Assembly: GCA_016292805.1 (NCBI GenBank)
Contig: JAEDFM010000004.1
Coordinates: 4,209-68,208, forward strand
Reading direction: 5' to 3'
DNA: 64,000 bases
Source of the DNA: Treponema sp.
GTDB taxonomy: Bacteria > Spirochaetota > Spirochaetia > Treponematales > Treponemataceae
Positions within the stretch are counted from its first letter, which is position 1. Each line of letters opens with the position of its first letter. Under the pieces are notes generated by a model, which did not search any database, was not told the origin of the DNA, and worked only from the letters and a program-made list of their open reading frames with translations. A program made the translations under genes and the position numbers. Shown piece by piece: positions 59,786 through 64,000 of this stretch.

Positions 59786-61336
59786 CTATTTTGCATCAGC
59801 TGTAGAATTATTCTCAGCCTTTTGAGCTTCTTCTTTTTTCGCCAAGTCTTCTTCTTCAATTCCAAGAAGTTTCATAGCCCGTTTTTTGTTACTTGCATTA
59901 GCTTTTTTATCTTCTGCAATAGCACGAACCTTTGGTTCAATTGAAGTAGATTTTCCACTTTTATACATATCTAAACCTAAACTTATAGTTGTAGTATCTT
60001 TTGAGTCCAGGTACAAAGCGCAAACTTCATCATACGAGGGTTTATATTTTTTAGATAATTCTTTTCCAATAGCATAACGAAGATCTTTTAATTTATCATC
60101 TGTAGCACATTTTTTAGCTAATTCGATAATTTCGGCTTCTCCGGCGTGTTCTTCTCTAAGTAAAACCTCTATTACTTTTTTCTTTGTGGCATCGCCTGCT
60201 TTTTTGTCATTAATTTGACTTACAAGAAATTCATTGCCACTATTTGTATTAAGTACTGCAAGACTGCTTATAGCTTCATCCTTTATAACTTTTTCAGAAT
60301 CATTTTTTATACGATGAATTAAGTAAGGAGCTGCTTCTTTAATATCCATTTCTTTTACAGCTTTAATAGATTCCTGTCTAACCTTCCAGTGTTCATCACG
60401 AATACCTTCCATAATGGCAGCCTTTGCTTCAATTACTTCCGGATAGTTTATAAGACCTTTAATAATATACTGTCTTAAATTTGGATCTGTTGCTTTATAA
60501 TTATCAATCAAAACAGGAACAGATTTATTAACCTTCATAAGACCAATACCTTCTGCGGCATACATACGCACAAAAGTATTTTCGTCATCATTTTCAAGAA
60601 TCTCTACCAGCTTATTCCAGGTAGAAAGAGCCTTCATTTTACCACAGGCACGCATAAGACTCTGTCTCTGAGCATCACTTAAATCCTCACGATCAAGATA
60701 CTCTGCAAGGAAAAGAGCTTCCCCTTCTCCACCAATTTCGCCCAATGTAGCAATTGCATCATTAAAATAATTGTCGTTTTCACCTTCAATTAATGTGATT
60801 ACAGCAGGAATTGCAGCCGTAGTTTTGCAGGCCTGAACATATCTGAATGATGCTTTTACAACATCATTTTTTTCATCATAAGGATCGTTCAATAAATCTA
60901 CGGCAAAATCTTCAAGACAAGGATCTTCCAGCTTTGTAAAATAATTAAGGATTTTTTCTTTAATCGAAGTATTCTGGGTTTTCTGGAAAACATCATAAAT
61001 TTCTTCTGTAAAACGAGGATCCTCATTTTTGGTCAATTTATCAAGTAAATCAGAAATTTCAGATGGAATGCCATATTTAATAGTACTGCGGAAATTTTCT
61101 TCATCATCTTTTGTTTCATCTTTTTCTGCAGCCGCTTCTGCCTTTTCCTTATCAATAGGCCGTGGTCGTTTAGGTGCAGGAACTTCAGCATACCCGCCAG
61201 CAGATGCTATAACTTCAGTTGTTCCTTCTGCAATTTCTTCAACTACATCTTCTACTTCAAAAGCATCAGTTTCATCACAAATCAGAGGAAAACAAATTAA
61301 TCCAACTATCAATACACTTAATAAAAATCTTTTCAT
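59786..61336 (-). CDS. Exported HEAT-repeat protein
   Basis: Signal peptide from MKRFLL; repeats such as FVRMYAAEGIG, WKVRQESIKAV. Confidence 0.8.
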   Translation of the reverse strand: MKRFLLSVLIVGLICFPLICDETDAFEVEDVVEEIAEGTTEVIASAGGYAEVPAPKRPRPIDKEKAEAAAEKDETKDDEENFRSTIKYGIPSEISDLLDKLTKNEDPRFTEEIYDVFQKTQNTSIKEKILNYFTKLEDPCLEDFAVDLLNDPYDEKNDVVKASFRYVQACKTTAAIPAVITLIEGENDNYFNDAIATLGEIGGEGEALFLAEYLDREDLSDAQRQSLMRACGKMKALSTWNKLVEILENDDENTFVRMYAAEGIGLMKVNKSVPVLIDNYKATDPNLRQYIIKGLINYPEVIEAKAAIMEGIRDEHWKVRQESIKAVKEMDIKEAAPYLIHRIKNDSEKVIKDEAISSLAVLNTNSGNEFLVSQINDKKAGDATKKKVIEVLLREEHAGEAEIIELAKKCATDDKLKDLRYAIGKELSKKYKPSYDEVCALYLDSKDTTTISLGLDMYKSGKSTSIEPKVRAIAEDKKANASNKKRAMKLLGIEEEDLAKKEEAQKAENNSTADAK

Positions 61337-61388
61337 TTTTCCTTCACAACAATTTCTCAAATATCAATTATCACCTGGAAGTTTTCAA

Positions 61389-62525
61389 TTAAAACCCGCT
61401 ATGATATTTTTCCAGGAATTCCTTTCTATACTCTTCAAACCTATTTTCATCAATTGCGTTACGGATTTCTTTCATCATTTCGTTTAAAAAATACAAATTG
61501 TGGTAAGAAGCAAGAATTGAACTTAAGATTTCCTGTTCCTTAAACAAATGACGCAAATAAGCCTTACTATATGTTCGGCAAACTTTACAATTACATTCAG
61601 AATCTACAGGTGTAAAATCATGAGTCCATCGTTCCTGTTTAATAGAAAGCTGACCTCGACGGGTAAAATATGCACCATTACGGGCATTGCGGGTTGGCAA
61701 TACGCAGTCAAACATATCAACTCCAGATTGAACTGCATCAAGAATATATTCAGGAGTACCAATTCCCATTACATACTTTGGTTTATCTTCTGGTAAGCTT
61801 TCGCAGGTATAATTCATAAAATGAACAAATTCATCATGAGGTTCACCAACACTAAGACCACCAATAGCAATACCAGGCATATCAAGACTGGCTACAAATT
61901 CAGCACTCTGTTTACGAAGATCTTCACTAAAATGCCCCTGAACAATTGGAAAAAGCATACCTTCGTAGCCCTGCTCCCGCTGAGCTTCCCATTCTTTTTT
62001 TGCACGAACCAGCCAGTCAGAGGTAATTCTTAATGCCTTTTCTGCATTTTTACGAGGTTCATCATAACCAGTACAAACATCAAGCTGCATCTGAATATCA
62101 GAATTAAATTTTGTCTGAGTCTGAACAACATTTTCAGGAGTAAACAAATGATAGCTCCCATCAATGTTACTCTGAAATTTTACACCTTCATCTGTAATCT
62201 TGCGAAGCTTAGAAAGTGAAAATACCTGGAATCCACCAGAATCTGTAAGAAAATTTTTCTTCCACTGTGAAAAACCATGCAATCCGCCAGCTTCTTTAAT
62301 TAAATCTGGGCCAGGACGGAGAAAAAGATGATATGTATTTGCAAGAATAATATCAAAATCAATTTCTTCAAGAAAATCTTTTGGCATAGCTTTAACTGTA
62401 GCATTTGTTCCTACAGGCATAAAAACAGGAGTTCGAACATCTCCATGTGGAAGATGTAAAGTACCAGTACGGGCTTTACCATCAGTAGATTTATGTTTAA
62501 TGTCAAATATTTTTAATACACTCAT
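61389..62525 (-). CDS. tgt: Queuine tRNA-guanine transglycosylase
   Basis: TPVFMPVGT, LANTYHL, TDSGGFQ, GGLSVGE, DMFDCV, CNCKVC zinc site. Confidence 0.97.
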   Translation of the reverse strand: MSVLKIFDIKHKSTDGKARTGTLHLPHGDVRTPVFMPVGTNATVKAMPKDFLEEIDFDIILANTYHLFLRPGPDLIKEAGGLHGFSQWKKNFLTDSGGFQVFSLSKLRKITDEGVKFQSNIDGSYHLFTPENVVQTQTKFNSDIQMQLDVCTGYDEPRKNAEKALRITSDWLVRAKKEWEAQREQGYEGMLFPIVQGHFSEDLRKQSAEFVASLDMPGIAIGGLSVGEPHDEFVHFMNYTCESLPEDKPKYVMGIGTPEYILDAVQSGVDMFDCVLPTRNARNGAYFTRRGQLSIKQERWTHDFTPVDSECNCKVCRTYSKAYLRHLFKEQEILSSILASYHNLYFLNEMMKEIRNAIDENRFEEYRKEFLEKYHSGF

Positions 62526-62534
62526 ATTTAATCC

Positions 62535-63611
62535 TTATGTTCTTGAATACTTCAGCAATACAGCACTGCCCGCCGTAAAGAAAAAGACCGGAAACCAGGC
62601 TCCCATAAATGGAGTAATATACCCATGTTTAGAAAGAACCATTGTAACCATCATCATTACATAAAAAGCAACAGAAGCTCCAATACAGGAAGCAAGACTT
62701 ACAATCAATACATTCTTTTTTGTTTTACCAGTTAAACCAATTGAAAGGAATACAACAAGAAAAACGATGAAAGGAAATGCAAACTTTTTATAGTATTCTG
62801 AAAGCTGCTCATTATATGGCAGACCAGCTTTTTTAAGATGCTCAATATAAACCTTTGCTTCTTTTGCAGATACAGACTGCACATCAACTATTGATTTACG
62901 GAAAATTGTATATGGTTCATTAATTAAACTTAAATCATCCTTGGAAACTGGAACAACTTTTAATTCATTATTTTCCATTACATATTGAACCGGACTATTT
63001 AAATTCCATAATTGTGAATCTTCATTCCATACAGCATTTTTTGCATAAATTATGGACCGCAGCTGTTTTTCTTCTGTGCGGAAAACAATATATACACCAG
63101 TTAGTTTTTTTGAATTTTCTGTATATTTCTTTGCCTTGTAAATAATTGTACTGTTCTGAGAAAGAACAATAATATCTGTATTATTTTCATTTTTTGATTT
63201 TCCCAAAAGCTGATTTTGCAGATCAACTTTTTTCTCGTAAGTCCATACAACCAGTCTGTTTTCAAAATGATAAAGTCCAAAAGAAAGAAAAACGGAAAGA
63301 ATTAAAACTGGTAATGTAAACTTAAAAAGGGAAACGCCAGAAGCAAACAAAGCTTCAAGTTCATTGTTGGCATACATATCACTTAATACAAAGGATGTAG
63401 AAAACAGCATTCCTACAGGAATTGCATACCAGATTGTTTTAGGAGTATATAAAGCCATAACCTTAAATACATCACTCATTTTGGCGCTGTTCTGCAAATA
63501 AGTGGTAAGGTTCATAAACAAATCTACAAGATTTAATACCAGAGAAAAGAATACAAGTGAACCAATAAAAAAAGGAATGATTTTTTTAAAAATGTATCCA
63601 ACAAGTTTCAT
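62535..63611 (-). CDS. LptF/LptG (YjgP/YjgQ) family permease
   Basis: Three N-terminal TM segments, NELEALFASGVS, periplasmic domain, C-terminal TM segments with GAWFP; ATGA overlap with the upstream gene. Confidence 0.88.
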   Translation of the reverse strand: MKLVGYIFKKIIPFFIGSLVFFSLVLNLVDLFMNLTTYLQNSAKMSDVFKVMALYTPKTIWYAIPVGMLFSTSFVLSDMYANNELEALFASGVSLFKFTLPVLILSVFLSFGLYHFENRLVVWTYEKKVDLQNQLLGKSKNENNTDIIVLSQNSTIIYKAKKYTENSKKLTGVYIVFRTEEKQLRSIIYAKNAVWNEDSQLWNLNSPVQYVMENNELKVVPVSKDDLSLINEPYTIFRKSIVDVQSVSAKEAKVYIEHLKKAGLPYNEQLSEYYKKFAFPFIVFLVVFLSIGLTGKTKKNVLIVSLASCIGASVAFYVMMMVTMVLSKHGYITPFMGAWFPVFFFTAGSAVLLKYSRT

Positions 63612-64000
63612 TTTCTTACCAGCACAAGATAGAATATAAAGCCTAGAATTCCGACAACCATGTTTGGTACCCAGATACACCAGAAAGGATCCCATTCAAC
63701 CCTTACAACAAACATCTGTCCAAGAATCTGCATAGCCCAGTTAAGAACACAAATTATAATACCAAGGAACAATCCCATAGTAAGACCATTGTGTTTACCA
63801 AATAAAAATGCGATTGAAAAAGCCAGAAATGAAAAGAATACAGAACCAAAAGGTATGGAGAATTTTTTATAAAATTCCATTATCCAGAAAGAAACATAGG
63901 ATTCATCACCATTCTCTTCTTTAAGGCGTTTAATTTCTTTTTTTAAATCATAGGTTGTCATTTCGCCGGCAGAACGACGGGTTGTTCCCATAACAGTTGT
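63608..64000 (-). CDS. LptF/LptG family permease, 3' part only
   Basis: EFYKKFSIPF and IWVPN motifs; upstream partner of the adjacent YjgP/Q gene. Confidence 0.8.
   Translation of the reverse strand, partial: TTVMGTTRRSAGEMTTYDLKKEIKRLKEENGDESYVSFWIMEFYKKFSIPFGSVFFSFLAFSIAFLFGKHNGLTMGLFLGIIICVLNWAMQILGQMFVVRVEWDPFWCIWVPNMVVGILGFIFYLVLVRK

Noticed and set aside
1..64000. Remaining 60-152 aa ORFs nested in or antisense to long genes; tRNA, rRNA, transposase, integrase or phage genes
   Set aside because: The nested ORFs have no motifs or RBS and overlap well-supported genes; no RNA-gene or mobile-element coding signatures were recognised

Overview
AT-rich bacterial chromosomal window that looks treponemal (probably a gut or rumen Treponema), judged from the gene content and order: prfB-ORF-ftsY-ORF-lolCDE, phoH-HDIG-ybeY-corC-TPR, uvrA-lptD, lptFG-tgt, and a PUR-domain gene next to rnhB. 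Most of it is housekeeping, in two long minus-strand runs (21.7-38.8 kb and 39.8-54.1 kb). The first 21 kb is more accessory: argG with three tandem ARG boxes, a MoxR AAA+/vWA/unknown trio, udp, a sugar-sensor GGDEF protein with an unannotated upstream small protein, an aconitase-like hydratase with a highly structured ~200-nt leader, a GH148-like glycoside hydrolase, and a four-gene operon (two large fibronectin-III lipoproteins, a small lipoprotein, a putative outer-membrane beta-barrel). Other notable signals are the +1 programmed frameshift in prfB, a McsB homologue with its catalytic motifs eroded, tandem hairpins with a shared loop in the purA leader, five genes with leaderless promoter geometry, and GC-rich folded intergenic elements. 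I saw no CRISPR array, tRNA, rRNA, transposase or prophage. All family assignments come from motif recognition by eye; no searches were run.
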